The translations under genes and the position numbers were made by a program. A stretch of DNA of 64,000 nt, taken from positions 3 to 64,002 of the forward strand of contig CAYOXO010000006.1 in assembly GCA_964407945.1 (NCBI GenBank), written 5' to 3'. Below, one piece after another: positions 48,234 to 58,712 of this stretch (positions within the stretch are counted from its first letter, which is position 1; every line of letters begins with the position of its first letter). This stretch comes from an uncultured Stakelama sp. (GTDB lineage Bacteria > Pseudomonadota > Alphaproteobacteria > Sphingomonadales > Sphingomonadaceae). The notes beneath the pieces were generated by a model that did no database searches, had not been told where the DNA came from, and saw only the letters and a program-made list of their open reading frames with translations.

Positions 48234-51101
48234 TCACATCTTGAAGCTCGCCCGGACGTACAGGAACCGCCCCGGCAAATCGTAGGCGGTCGGATCGAAA
48301 TTGTTGAGATCGCAGCTGATGCAACCCGGCGCCTTCACGTCGAACAGGTTGTTCACGCCAAGCGCAAAGCCGAACGCCTCGCGATCCTCCAGCGGCGAGA
48401 AGCGCAGCTGGAAGTCTGTATAGAAGCGCGCCGGCAGCTTGTTGTCGCCTGCCAGCGGTTCGCGGATCGCAGAGACATAACGACCGGTCAGCGTCGCCCC
48501 GACCGACTTGCCGTCCCAGTCGAGGATGCCGACTGACTTCCATTTGGGGAAGGCCTGGCTCGGGCTGCCCTGTTCGGTCCCCTCGCGACTGATCACCTGG
48601 TCCCCGGCCGCCGTCGGCACGATCACGTCATATTGCGTCAGGAACGAGTTGTTCCAGGTCAGGCTGAACCGCCCGATCCCGGTCTCCGGCGTGCGATAGG
48701 TCAGGTTGGCGTCGATACCCTTGGTGCGGATCGCCGCTATGTTCTGCAGCAGCCCCTGGATCAGCGTGAGCTGCCCCCCCGATGCACGCGTCACCAGCGC
48801 GCAGGCGTCTGCCTGGTTCTGGACGACGCAACGATCGAGCGTGATCGCGGCATTGATCGTCTGGATCGCCCCCGTGACGCGAATGTCGTAATAATTGCCC
48901 TCCAGCGACAGGCCCGGGATGAAGCTCGGGCTGTAGACGCCGCCGAAGATCCAGCTGCGCGACTTCTCCGCCTGCAGCTTCTGGTTGCCACCGACCAGCA
49001 CCGATATCTGCGGATTGGATTGCTGATAGGTGCCGCCCGCCGGCACACCCGCCGCGATACAGGTGGCACGCACCGCCGCATCATTGGCGAAGCGACGCGG
49101 CGCGGCGTTGGTTGCATGGCTCGAACAGGGATCGTCGATCGGCTGGTCGAAGCGCGACTGGGTACCGAACAGCTCGCCGATCGACGGTGCACGGAATCCC
49201 TGGGCATAGGATCCGCGCAGGCGCAGGTCCTTGATCGGCTTCCAGTTCACCCCGCCCTTGAACGTGGTGGTCGATCCCGAGGTCGAATAGTCCGAGAAGC
49301 GCACGGCGCCGCTGAATTCGAGCAGCTGGAAGAACGGCGTGTCGGACAGGATCGGCGCGTTCAGCTCGGCATAGGCCTCCTTGACGTTGTAGCTGCCGCG
49401 CGTCGGCTGCGCGGGAATGTCCGAACTGAAGCCCGCGGCGACGATCGGGTCGGGATCGAAACTGCCCCTCAGCTCGCGATATTCGACACCCGCCGCCAGG
49501 CCCAGCGGGCCGCCCGGCAGGTCGAACAGACTGCCCGAGATGTTGGCCGATGCGCTGAAGGTCGACTGGCGGCTGCGGTCGCGCTGGGTGAACATGACAT
49601 AGTCGAGCATCGGCTGGGTGATCGAGCCGACCCCGCCAAAGATGTTGAACGGCACACAATCGCCGGTGCAGTTGGCGACCGGACCGAGCGCACGGCGCAG
49701 CCGATCCGAGTTGATATTGCCGTACATCGTCTGCCGCGCGGTGTTGCGGCCATAGGATGCGTTGATGTCCCAATACCAGTCGCGTCCACCGCCCATGTCG
49801 AAGCTGCCGTCGAGCGTCGCGACGCCATAAAGAGTCGACACCGTCTGGTCGAAGCGGCGCGGCCCGCCCTCGACGAAGCGGCGATAGACGAAATCGGTGT
49901 TGCTGGCGTCCAGCGTCACCCCGAACGGATTATAGGGGTTGGTGACATCGACCGTGATCGCGTCGAGTACCGGGGTCAGCCCGGCCGCCTGTCCGAACCC
50001 GAACGGCAGCGGCGCTGCCTGGTTCTTCGACTTGCGCTCGTTCCAGATTCCCCGGACCGAGAAATTGATCTTGTCGTTCAGTTCCTGACGGAAATTGATG
50101 AAGGCGCCATAGCGTTCGACCGGGATCTGCAGATAGTTGAACGGTCCGAAATTGAAGCGGTCAGTATCGCCGAATGCCTTGAAATCGCTGGCCGGGTCAG
50201 TCGGGTTGCCTGGGTTATAGGTCGGCCGGCGGCCGATCACCGGCCCGCGCAGGGTCAGGTCCCTTCCGAACACCGCGAACCGCCCCAGCGGGACGAAGCC
50301 CGAGCACCCGCCATCGAGGCACGTGTTGGAATAGGGCGCCGGGAAGCGCGAGATATCACGGCTGCCTGCGAGCACGCCGTCCTGCTGGACATAGCTGGCG
50401 CCGACCACGATCTGCGTCGCGCCGCGGCCATTGCCCCAGCTCAGCTGGGCGCTCTTGGTGAAGCCGTCACCTTGCTCGAACCCGCCGATCTGCCCGCTGG
50501 CACGCAGGCCTTCCTGGTTCTTCTTGGTGATGATGTTGACCACGCCGGCGATCGCGTCCGATCCGTAGATCGCCGAAGCGCCGTCCTGCAGCACCTCGAT
50601 CCGTTCGATCGCGCCTTCGGGGATCGAATTGAGATCGGTCGATCCGGGCACGCCGCTCGCCGACGCGCCGTTCACGTAGCGGATGCCGTCGACCAGCACG
50701 AGCACGCGGCGCGAGCCCAGATAGCGCAGGTCGATCTCCGCCGCACCTGCGCCGACGCCGCCGCCATCGGGAGGGCTGCCCAGATTGCCGCTGTTGTTGA
50801 ACTTGCTGTTGAGGCCGCCGCCCGAGCTGGGCAGGCGCTGCAGCACATCGTTGACCGAGGTCAGGCCAGTCTTCGCGATATCCTCCTGACCGACGAAGAC
50901 GACTGGCGCATCCTGATCCAGCGGATCGCGGCGGATGCGCGATCCGGTTACGACGATGGTTTCTCCCTGGGTTTCCGCAGCAGGCTCTTGCGGACCCGCT
51001 GGGCCGGATTGCTGCGCATGACCGGGCGCTGCGCCCGCCAGGCCGGTCGCGACGGCGGCACAGGACGCGCCGCATCGGATCAGATTCCGAAAATTGCTCA
51101 T
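48234..51101 (-). CDS. TonB-dependent receptor
   Basis: Signal peptide, [62 protein letters not shown]. Confidence 0.95.
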   Translation of the reverse strand: MSNFRNLIRCGASCAAVATGLAGAAPGHAQQSGPAGPQEPAAETQGETIVVTGSRIRRDPLDQDAPVVFVGQEDIAKTGLTSVNDVLQRLPSSGGGLNSKFNNSGNLGSPPDGGGVGAGAAEIDLRYLGSRRVLVLVDGIRYVNGASASGVPGSTDLNSIPEGAIERIEVLQDGASAIYGSDAIAGVVNIITKKNQEGLRASGQIGGFEQGDGFTKSAQLSWGNGRGATQIVVGASYVQQDGVLAGSRDISRFPAPYSNTCLDGGCSGFVPLGRFAVFGRDLTLRGPVIGRRPTYNPGNPTDPASDFKAFGDTDRFNFGPFNYLQIPVERYGAFINFRQELNDKINFSVRGIWNERKSKNQAAPLPFGFGQAAGLTPVLDAITVDVTNPYNPFGVTLDASNTDFVYRRFVEGGPRRFDQTVSTLYGVATLDGSFDMGGGRDWYWDINASYGRNTARQTMYGNINSDRLRRALGPVANCTGDCVPFNIFGGVGSITQPMLDYVMFTQRDRSRQSTFSASANISGSLFDLPGGPLGLAAGVEYRELRGSFDPDPIVAAGFSSDIPAQPTRGSYNVKEAYAELNAPILSDTPFFQLLEFSGAVRFSDYSTSGSTTTFKGGVNWKPIKDLRLRGSYAQGFRAPSIGELFGTQSRFDQPIDDPCSSHATNAAPRRFANDAAVRATCIAAGVPAGGTYQQSNPQISVLVGGNQKLQAEKSRSWIFGGVYSPSFIPGLSLEGNYYDIRVTGAIQTINAAITLDRCVVQNQADACALVTRASGGQLTLIQGLLQNIAAIRTKGIDANLTYRTPETGIGRFSLTWNNSFLTQYDVIVPTAAGDQVISREGTEQGSPSQAFPKWKSVGILDWDGKSVGATLTGRYVSAIREPLAGDNKLPARFYTDFQLRFSPLEDREAFGFALGVNNLFDVKAPGCISCDLNNFDPTAYDLPGRFLYVRASFKM

Positions 51102-51320
51102 AACCCCTCTCCTATTTTCTTTCAGTGCTTTGGCGCACCACGCCTGCAACGCGCCGGAGAGGGTTTGGATGAGTCCGAAACGGTATCGCGTGTAACAATA
51201 GGCGGACAGCGTGTCGTTACGGCCACACCCGTCCAGACTCGGGACAGGGAGGTTTCATCCGGACATCACGCGCGGATCGACAATCCGATCTCGATTTTGC
51301 CGCATTGCCGCATTAACAGG

Positions 51321-52232
51321 ATGCCGATGCGCCGGACGATCCCCCTGATCTTCGCCCCGCTGCTGCTCGCAAATGCGCAGGCGGACGAAGCCCCGCCCGA
51401 GATGCCCGACACGGTCAAGGCCATGCTCGACGCTGCGATGAAGGCGGGCGATGAAGCCGCGGTCAACGCGATCGTCAAATATGCCAAGGCCGCCGACAAG
51501 GCGAGCGTCGAGGTCGCCGAAAAAGCCGCGGGCAGCTGGAAGCGCGAACGGCGCGAGGCGGCCGAACGCCGCGTACGCGAGGCGCGCTTCCTCGACCTGA
51601 TCAAGGGCCGCGCCGAGCTGGGCGGCTATGTCACCACCGGCAATTCGGAGACGGTCGGGCTGACCGGCGTGCTCGACGTCAAGCGTGAGGGGCTGCAATG
51701 GCGCCACAAATGGCGCGCGCAGGCCGATTATCAGGAAAGCCTCAATGTCGTGGTGCGCGAACGCTACCTCGCCAGCTACGAGCCAAATTACAAGGTCAAT
51801 GACCGTCTCTATGCCTATGGCGCGGCGCTGTTCGAAAGCGACCGTTTCCTCGGCTTCAACGAGCGTTACTCGATCTCGGCCGGTGCCGGTTACACCGCGA
51901 TCAACGACGGCAAGCTGCGCATCGATGTCGAGCTGGGTCCGGCCTATCGCCACACGGCCTTCACCGACAACACGATCGAAAGCCAGATCGCCGCGCGCGG
52001 CAAGCTCGACCTCGACTGGAAGCTGTCGTCCGCCATCACCTTCAGCCAGGACGCCTCGGCCTATTTCCAGCAGGCGAACAGCAGCGTCGTGACCAAAACC
52101 GCGCTACGCGCCAAGCTGTTCGGGCCGTTCTCCGCACAAATGTCCTATGCCGTGAACTATGAAAGCAACCCGCCGGCCGGGCGCAAGACGACCGATACGA
52201 CCAGCCGCGCGTCATTGCTGGTCGATTTCTGA
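51321..52232 (+). CDS. DUF481-family outer-membrane beta-barrel protein
   Basis: Signal-like N-terminus; GGYVTTGNSET, ESDRFLG, ELGPAYR; C-terminal Phe. Confidence 0.82.
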   Translation: MPMRRTIPLIFAPLLLANAQADEAPPEMPDTVKAMLDAAMKAGDEAAVNAIVKYAKAADKASVEVAEKAAGSWKRERREAAERRVREARFLDLIKGRAELGGYVTTGNSETVGLTGVLDVKREGLQWRHKWRAQADYQESLNVVVRERYLASYEPNYKVNDRLYAYGAALFESDRFLGFNERYSISAGAGYTAINDGKLRIDVELGPAYRHTAFTDNTIESQIAARGKLDLDWKLSSAITFSQDASAYFQQANSSVVTKTALRAKLFGPFSAQMSYAVNYESNPPAGRKTTDTTSRASLLVDF

Positions 52233-52235
52233 CCG

Positions 52236-53324
52236 ATGCCCGAGGCTGACGGCCTCCGCCGTTCGCGCCGATATCTGATCGGCGCGCTCGCAGTCACCCC
52301 GCTGCTCGCCTCCCGGCCGGGCCTCGCCGCGTCTCGAAGAGCCGACATCGTTTCACGGCTGGCACTCGACGGCTCTCCGGCCTTCGCCGCCGGCATCGTC
52401 CGCGACGGTCGCATCGTTGATGCAAATGGTAAGGGCATGGCGAGCGCCACGGGCCTTGCCGCAACTGCGGACACGATCTTCGAGATCGGTTCGCTGACCA
52501 AGACCTTCACCGCATCGCTGATCTTCCAGCTTCAGGAGGAAACGAAGCTCGACATCGATGCGCCGATCGGCCGCTATGTGACGGATCTGCCCGACGCATG
52601 GCGCGACCTGCGCCTTTCGCAGCTCCTCAGCCATACGTCGGGCCTTCCCGAATATCTCAATGAGGACAACTTCTTCGCACTCATGCCGCAAGACCTGAAG
52701 CCGCGGGACATCGTGGCACTCGCTGCCGGTCGCCCGCTCCAGTTCGCGGCGGGCACGAAGCACGCCTATAATAATCTCGGCTTCGTTCTTCTGGGCATGG
52801 CCGCGGAGGCGGTGACCGGCCGCGATTACTGGGACGAACTCCGGCGCCGCTTCTTCGTCCCCGCCGGGATGCCCGCGACCGGCCCGAGGCACCGAGTCCG
52901 AGATACCCAGCGCTACGCCTCCGGGCATTTCTGGAACGGCACCCGCTACGACGACAATCCGCCCCGCAGCGCACCCGGATCGACCTGGTCGGCGGGCGGG
53001 TTGCTCTCGACCGCCGCCGACATCAGCCGCTGGTCAGTTGCGCTGGACCGAGGGAAGATCCTCAGCCCCGACGTTCGCCGCCGCATGTGGACGCCCGCCC
53101 GGCTCGCCAACGGCCAGCCCGCCGGATGGGGCTATGGCTGGCAGGTCGAGACTGTCGATGGGCGCACCATCGTTTCGCACGGCGGCGGCACCGCAGGCTT
53201 TTCCTGCTGGTACCGCCGCGATGTCACGCAATCGCTCTCCACGATCGTCCTCACCAACCAGAATGGCCGCGCGGACCCCAAGGCAATGACAGACAGATTG
53301 CTGGCGTTGATGGCCGCCGACTGA
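52236..53324 (+). CDS. Serine hydrolase (beta-lactamase class C / PBP family)
   Basis: FEIGSLTK (SxxK), LLSHTSG, YNN (YxN), HGGG; Tat-like SRRYLIG leader. Confidence 0.9.
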   Translation: MPEADGLRRSRRYLIGALAVTPLLASRPGLAASRRADIVSRLALDGSPAFAAGIVRDGRIVDANGKGMASATGLAATADTIFEIGSLTKTFTASLIFQLQEETKLDIDAPIGRYVTDLPDAWRDLRLSQLLSHTSGLPEYLNEDNFFALMPQDLKPRDIVALAAGRPLQFAAGTKHAYNNLGFVLLGMAAEAVTGRDYWDELRRRFFVPAGMPATGPRHRVRDTQRYASGHFWNGTRYDDNPPRSAPGSTWSAGGLLSTAADISRWSVALDRGKILSPDVRRRMWTPARLANGQPAGWGYGWQVETVDGRTIVSHGGGTAGFSCWYRRDVTQSLSTIVLTNQNGRADPKAMTDRLLALMAAD

Positions 53325-53342
53325 AGCCTCCGTTCCGACGCC

Positions 53343-54227
53343 CTATTTCAGCGGCAGAAACAGTTCCACCACGACTTCATGGGCCGGCACCTCCGGAATC
53401 AGGGCAAGGCGCCGTTGGCAATAGATCGGGAAATCGCGCGCTTCCTCGCCGCTGTCGGGAAGCCAGTCGCGATAGAGATAGAGCGCGGCGGGCTCGAGAT
53501 TGTTGGTATTGCCGGGGTAGCGCAACACTGCGCAGCGCCCACCCGGAATCACGCCGGCCTTCATATACGCATGGCCCGCCGCGATTGGCCGATCCGTCCC
53601 GACGCACAGGTCCATGCTGTAATCGGCCGGGTTCGCGGGATCGCGTTCGGACCGGAAGACCATGACGTTCGGGTTCGTCTCGGGTGACAGGCCCGCCACC
53701 TTGCTCCAGTCACGGAACCGCTGGATCGTATCGCCGAGCGTTTCGCGGGCGCCGCGATGCTCGATCATCGCCACCGGCATCGGCAGCACGTCGCGGATCG
53801 TCACGTCGTCTGGGGTAAAGAGTATCTGCATGAGCTTGTTCCTCGCATTGTCGAGTGGCCCGAAGGCCGCAAGCCACGGTGCCCAGTCGGGCGATTTCCT
53901 GAACGATGACGGGGATTGCCCGAACCGTTGCCGAAAGGCGCGGGCGAACGCATCCGGTGCATCGTAACCGGCATCCATCGCGATGTCCGTGACGCTCCGG
54001 GCGTCATCCGTCGCCAGCTGGTGCGAAGCCCGCTTCAACCGGGCAAGCTGGACATAGCGATGCAGTGACAACCCAAAGGTTGCCATGAACTGCCGGTGGA
54101 AATGGAACTTCGAGAAGGCGGCGATCCCGCTGACCGTGTCCAGATCGAGATCGCCATCGAGATGCCGGTCGATATGATCCAGCACCCGCTGCATCCGGGC
54201 CGTGTAGTTCGCAAGCGCCGCCGTCAT
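53343..54227 (-). CDS. AraC-family regulator with GyrI-like effector domain
   Basis: FSKFHFHRQF, AGYDAPDAFARAFR, IPGGRCAVL, LYRDWLPDSGE. Confidence 0.9.
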   Translation of the reverse strand: MTAALANYTARMQRVLDHIDRHLDGDLDLDTVSGIAAFSKFHFHRQFMATFGLSLHRYVQLARLKRASHQLATDDARSVTDIAMDAGYDAPDAFARAFRQRFGQSPSSFRKSPDWAPWLAAFGPLDNARNKLMQILFTPDDVTIRDVLPMPVAMIEHRGARETLGDTIQRFRDWSKVAGLSPETNPNVMVFRSERDPANPADYSMDLCVGTDRPIAAGHAYMKAGVIPGGRCAVLRYPGNTNNLEPAALYLYRDWLPDSGEEARDFPIYCQRRLALIPEVPAHEVVVELFLPLK

Positions 54228-54307
54228 CGTCTCTTCCTCCGTGGCGACGCCAGCTAGTCGCTTGGCACGGCCGGGCGCTCGACCGATCTTGCGGTTTGGC
54301 GGGCCGC

Positions 54308-55162
54308 TCACCCCCGGAGTGGCAACAGGATATCGGTGCGCAATTCGGTCTGCGGCACCTCGCGCGGATCGTTGAGATAGGCTTCGAGGATCGGCGCATC
54401 ATCAGGCTCATGGCCCGATGCGGGCAACCACGTCCCCAGCAGCCAGCGATAGGCCCCGGGCATGTCGGCATAGGGCCCGGTATAACTCAGCCGCGCGTAG
54501 AGGCCGCCGCGAAGGACCGTCTCCACCATCGGCGCCGCGATGTCGGTACCGGGATCCACCGGCAGGCACGCCCGCGACCGCAATGCTTCCTCCGCGCCGA
54601 AATCGGGATCGTCGAAGAACATCCCGAACATGGCCGGCTGCGCCGGTAGGCCGCCACTCGTCGCCAGCGCGGAGAAGAGCCGGCCCATCGCCTGGTCGAT
54701 CTGCATATAGGGTCCGCGATGATCCATCCCCGCAGCACGGCGCGCGGGCAGATGATCCGTCGCTACCGGAAATCCGCGAGCGTTTCCGGCAATACTGGCG
54801 GCCTTGTACGCGGCGTGCGACCCGGCTTCGCGATAGGCGGCAGGCGGTTGGCCGAACGCACCGGAAAAGGCGCGACCGAAGCTGTCGGTCGAAGCATAGC
54901 CCGCACGCTCTGCGATCACGGCGATGTCGAGATCGGAATTGGCCAGCCGGTCGGCGGCCCGCTGCAGCCGCAACCGGCGAATGGCGGCAGCGATCGTCTC
55001 TCCGCGCATCGCGTGGAAGATGCGGCTCCAGTGATAGGAGGATAGGCAGGCGATCTCCGCCAGCCGGTCGAAGGACAGGTCTTCTTCCAGATGGGCATAG
55101 ACATGATCCATCACGCGATCGATCCGGTCCTGATAGCTCGCCTGGGTCTGGGGTCTCTGCAT
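54308..55162 (-). CDS. AraC-family regulator with GyrI-like effector domain
   Basis: LSSYHWSRIF, AGYASTDSFGRAF, HRGPY, WLPASG, EAYLNDPREVP...LRTDILLPL. Confidence 0.9.
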   Translation of the reverse strand: MQRPQTQASYQDRIDRVMDHVYAHLEEDLSFDRLAEIACLSSYHWSRIFHAMRGETIAAAIRRLRLQRAADRLANSDLDIAVIAERAGYASTDSFGRAFSGAFGQPPAAYREAGSHAAYKAASIAGNARGFPVATDHLPARRAAGMDHRGPYMQIDQAMGRLFSALATSGGLPAQPAMFGMFFDDPDFGAEEALRSRACLPVDPGTDIAAPMVETVLRGGLYARLSYTGPYADMPGAYRWLLGTWLPASGHEPDDAPILEAYLNDPREVPQTELRTDILLPLRG

Positions 55163-55433
55163 GGTGCGTCCTCGCTTGGTCCAACCTAATCGGGGTCGCA
55201 CAGGCGGCACAGGCAAATCCTGCGAACTTGGGCTGGTGTACTCAGCAGGCGAACAAGCCCCACCGCCAGGACCGCACCAAGCTGCTCGCCCCTTCTCGGC
55301 TGAGATGTCCTATCCCGCGACCTATGAAAGTCCACCGACCGGACGAAAGACGATAGACACCACCAGACCGGGATCACGGCTGATCGATTTTGAGATCGGG
55401 GTTGTCCCTGTCGATGGTTACAGGCTGCTCGGA

Positions 55434-56183
55434 CTACAAGCTGATCTCCACCGGGAAAGTATAGGTGTGCCGATCAAGGACGCACACAGCTTCCCCGATG
55501 AAAGTCCTCGTGACAATCGACCTCCCGGAGACCCGACAGACAACATCGGTATAGGCTAACCCGTTGCGCGTACCCGCAATGTAGGTGAAGGAAAGGCTAT
55601 AGGCCTTTGCGGATCCGGTGGACGGAGGTCGCTCGCCAAGGCCCTGACGCGCAGCCACCTGGAACGTACCGCGCGCCTCATCGCAAGCTGTAACCGACAC
55701 CGTGTGGGCGCCGGCGATCTTGCGCATCTCTCTGCCGCTGCCTGCGACCGCATCCAGGGGGACAAACACTTCGATCGAGCCGGAGGCGCAGATCAGACTA
55801 GCCAGCCCGATCGGAGGTGCCTGCGGCACCGGAACCGGCCTTGCGACAGGAGTTGGTGTTGCTGTGGGAGTAGATGCGACTGTAGGCTCCGGCTCCGGAT
55901 CCGGCCTGACCGGTTCGCTCGTTGCAGGCGTCGACGGCTTACTGTCCGGCTGGCGTTCCGTATCGGTACCTGCGGGCACGCCCTTTTCCGTCTCGTCCCT
56001 CCCCACCTCGTCGCCTGTGGGCGGTTTCGCGCTGGATTCGCCGTCGTTTGAGCTATTGTCTTTTCCAAATAGATCGCGAAGCGAATAGCCAGTCACGCCT
56101 GAGATATCAGCCGCGAACCCCAGTACGCCTAGTGCAACCAGGCCAAATACCCCGATCGTCAGCTTCTTGGCTTCAATTGTCAC
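55434..56183 (-). CDS. Hypothetical membrane-anchored protein with Pro/Thr-rich linker
   Basis: N-terminal hydrophobic segment, PEPEP/TPTATPTP linker, C-terminal domain with 4 Cys; atypical codon use. Confidence 0.6.
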   Translation of the reverse strand: MTIEAKKLTIGVFGLVALGVLGFAADISGVTGYSLRDLFGKDNSSNDGESSAKPPTGDEVGRDETEKGVPAGTDTERQPDSKPSTPATSEPVRPDPEPEPTVASTPTATPTPVARPVPVPQAPPIGLASLICASGSIEVFVPLDAVAGSGREMRKIAGAHTVSVTACDEARGTFQVAARQGLGERPPSTGSAKAYSLSFTYIAGTRNGLAYTDVVCRVSGRSIVTRTFIGEAVCVLDRHTYTFPVEISL

Positions 56184-56499
56184 CCCCTGCCCCTTCCCCC
56201 GACAGAACATCGGCCAGATCATCACGGATTCGACAATCTTTGTGAAGCCGGGAGAATGCGAAATACAGCCTAGCTTGCAATGTAGGATTCCGGCTGCTCC
56301 ACTTACCGCATACGGCTCCCGGCCGCTCTTTGAACCCGTCGATATTCATGCCCGATGCGTGTGGTTCGCGTGAAGAAGCAGGACTCGCGCGCGCGTAGGA
56401 GTGTGACTTTCGGGACTTTCCGGCCCGAACCCGGGGCACCGGAAACTTTCCGTGCGCCGGGGGTTCACCCGCCGCGGATCACCCGATACACAATCGCGA

Positions 56500-57705
56500 A
56501 TGGGTCTTTCCGCAATCGAAACCGCTGCGATCGAGCATGCCCGCGCGGCGCCGATGCTCGCTCAGGTCGAACGCTGGGTCGCGGTCAATAGCGGCACGCG
56601 CAACCTTTCCGGCCTCGCGACGATGGCGGACATGCTCGCCAGCGCCTTCTCCGCGCTTCCCGGCGAACTTACGCTGGTCGATCCCGCCCCGGTCGAAACC
56701 GTGGATGGCAAAGGCGAAGTCCTTCCCCTCGCCCATGGCCGCCATTTGCATCTGCGCGTTCGGCCCGAAGCACCGGTCCAGATGCTGTTCACCGGGCATA
56801 TGGACACCGTCTTCCCCGCCGATCATCCCTTTCAGGCCGCGACCTGGCTGCCCGACGGCCGGCTGAACGCTCCCGGTGCCGCAGACATGAAGGGCGGAAT
56901 CGCCGTGATGCTCGCCGCCCTGCGTGCCGTCGAAACCACGCCCGCCGCCGAACGCTTCGGCTATGAGGTCGTCCTCAACTCGGACGAGGAAACCGGCTCC
57001 TTCGCCTCCGCCGCGCTGATCGCACAGGCCGCGAAGGGAAAAGTCGCGGCGCTCACCTACGAACCCGCTTTGCCCGACGGCACGCTGGCCGGCGCGCGGG
57101 GCGGCACTGGGAACTTCTCGATCGTGGTGCATGGCCGCAGCGCCCATGCCGGCCGCAATCCCGAGGAAGGCCGCAACGCCATCGTGGCTGCCGCCGATTT
57201 CGCCGTACGATTGGCCGCACACGCTATTCCTGACCTTAGCGTCAATCCCGCGCGGATCGATGGCGGCGGGCCGAACAACGTCGTCCCAGACCTCGCAATC
57301 CTACGGGTCAATTTCCGCCCCCGTAGCACCGATGCGATCGATGCTGCGGCCCTGCTTATCGACAACACCATCGCGAACGTCCTGGATGACCACGACGTCC
57401 ATATCCATGTTCATGGCGGCTTCAACCGCCCTCCCAAGCCCCTCGATCCCGGCGCCGAGCGGCTGTTCGGGCTGGTCAAACAGGCCGGCGCGGATCTCGA
57501 TATCCCCATCGCGTGGAAAGCCACGGGCGGGGTGTGCGACGGCAACAACATCGCCGCCTGCGGCGTGCCGGTGGTCGATACCATGGGCGCACGCGGCGGC
57601 GCGATCCATAGTGCAGAGGAATTTCTCATCCCTGAAAGCCTGCCCGAGCGCGCCGCGCTCTCCGCCCTCACCATCCTGCGCATCATCGAGAAGGGCAGCG
57701 TATGA
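56500..57705 (+). CDS. M20/M25/M40 metallo-hydrolase of the ast cluster
   Basis: GHMDTVF, GAADMKGG, SDEETGS, HGRSAHAG, GGVCDGN, HSAEE; ATGA overlap with astA. Confidence 0.88.
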   Translation: MGLSAIETAAIEHARAAPMLAQVERWVAVNSGTRNLSGLATMADMLASAFSALPGELTLVDPAPVETVDGKGEVLPLAHGRHLHLRVRPEAPVQMLFTGHMDTVFPADHPFQAATWLPDGRLNAPGAADMKGGIAVMLAALRAVETTPAAERFGYEVVLNSDEETGSFASAALIAQAAKGKVAALTYEPALPDGTLAGARGGTGNFSIVVHGRSAHAGRNPEEGRNAIVAAADFAVRLAAHAIPDLSVNPARIDGGGPNNVVPDLAILRVNFRPRSTDAIDAAALLIDNTIANVLDDHDVHIHVHGGFNRPPKPLDPGAERLFGLVKQAGADLDIPIAWKATGGVCDGNNIAACGVPVVDTMGARGGAIHSAEEFLIPESLPERAALSALTILRIIEKGSV

Positions 57706-58712
57706 CCTTCCTGATCCGCCCCGCCCGTGAGGACGACCTTCAGGCGCTGTACGAGATGGCCAAGCTCACCGGCGGAGGCTTCACCAACTTGCCGCCCGAA
57801 AAGCCTGCGCTGCGCACCAAGCTTGAGCGCAGCGCGCTGGCCTTCTCCCGCACCGACGATGCGCTCAGGGACGAATTGTTCGTGCTGGTGCTCGAGAATA
57901 CCGAGACGCGCGTAGTGCGCGGCACCTGCCAGATCTTCACTCAGGTCGGCCAGCGCTGGCCCTTCTACAGCTATCGCCTGGGCATCGAGACCAAGCATAG
58001 CGAAGCGCTCGCCCGCACCTTCCGCGCCGAAATCCTCAGCCTGACCAACGATCTGGAAGGCTGCAGCGAAGTCGGCGGCCTGTTCCTCCACCCCGGTGAG
58101 CGTGCCGGCGGTCTCGGCATGCTGCTCGCCCGCAGCCGCTATCTGTTCATCGCGATGCACCGCGCCCGCTTCGGCGACCGCGTCCTCGCCGAATTGCGCG
58201 GCGTGATCGACGAAGCTGGCGGATCGCCCTTCTGGGACGGTGTCGCCGGACGCTTCTTCGGCATGAACTTCCAGCAGGCGGACGAATTCAACGCGATCCA
58301 CGGCAACCAGTTCATCGCCGATCTGATGCCCAAACACCCGATCTACACCGCAATGCTGACCGAGGGCGCACGCAGCGTGATCGGCCTGCCCCACCCCTCA
58401 GGCCGCGCCGCGATGCGGATGCTCGAGCAGGAAGGGTTCGCGTTCGAGAATTACATCGACATCTTCGACGGCGGCCCAACCATGACCGCCCGCACCGACC
58501 AGGTGATGACCGTGCGCGATTCCCGCACCGACAAGGTCGCCGAAGTCGCCGATGGCGGCAGCGCCAGCATCATCGCTCGCGGCACGCTCGGCGACTTCCG
58601 CGCCTGTCACGGCCGGATCGGCCTGAGCGATGGCGGCGTCACGGTGGACGCCACCTCGGCGGCGATCCTTGGCGTGGAAGCGGGACAAGAGGTTCGCCAT
58701 GCCCCGCGTTGA
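57702..58712 (+). CDS. astA: Arginine N-succinyltransferase
   Basis: GFTNLP, PFYSYR, AELRG...SPFWD, YIDIFDGGP. Confidence 0.94.
   Translation: MTFLIRPAREDDLQALYEMAKLTGGGFTNLPPEKPALRTKLERSALAFSRTDDALRDELFVLVLENTETRVVRGTCQIFTQVGQRWPFYSYRLGIETKHSEALARTFRAEILSLTNDLEGCSEVGGLFLHPGERAGGLGMLLARSRYLFIAMHRARFGDRVLAELRGVIDEAGGSPFWDGVAGRFFGMNFQQADEFNAIHGNQFIADLMPKHPIYTAMLTEGARSVIGLPHPSGRAAMRMLEQEGFAFENYIDIFDGGPTMTARTDQVMTVRDSRTDKVAEVADGGSASIIARGTLGDFRACHGRIGLSDGGVTVDATSAAILGVEAGQEVRHAPR

Noticed and set aside
48633..52232. 1199-aa plus-strand ORF
   Set aside because: Shadow of the minus-strand TBDR joined to the real DUF481 gene (start ~51321).
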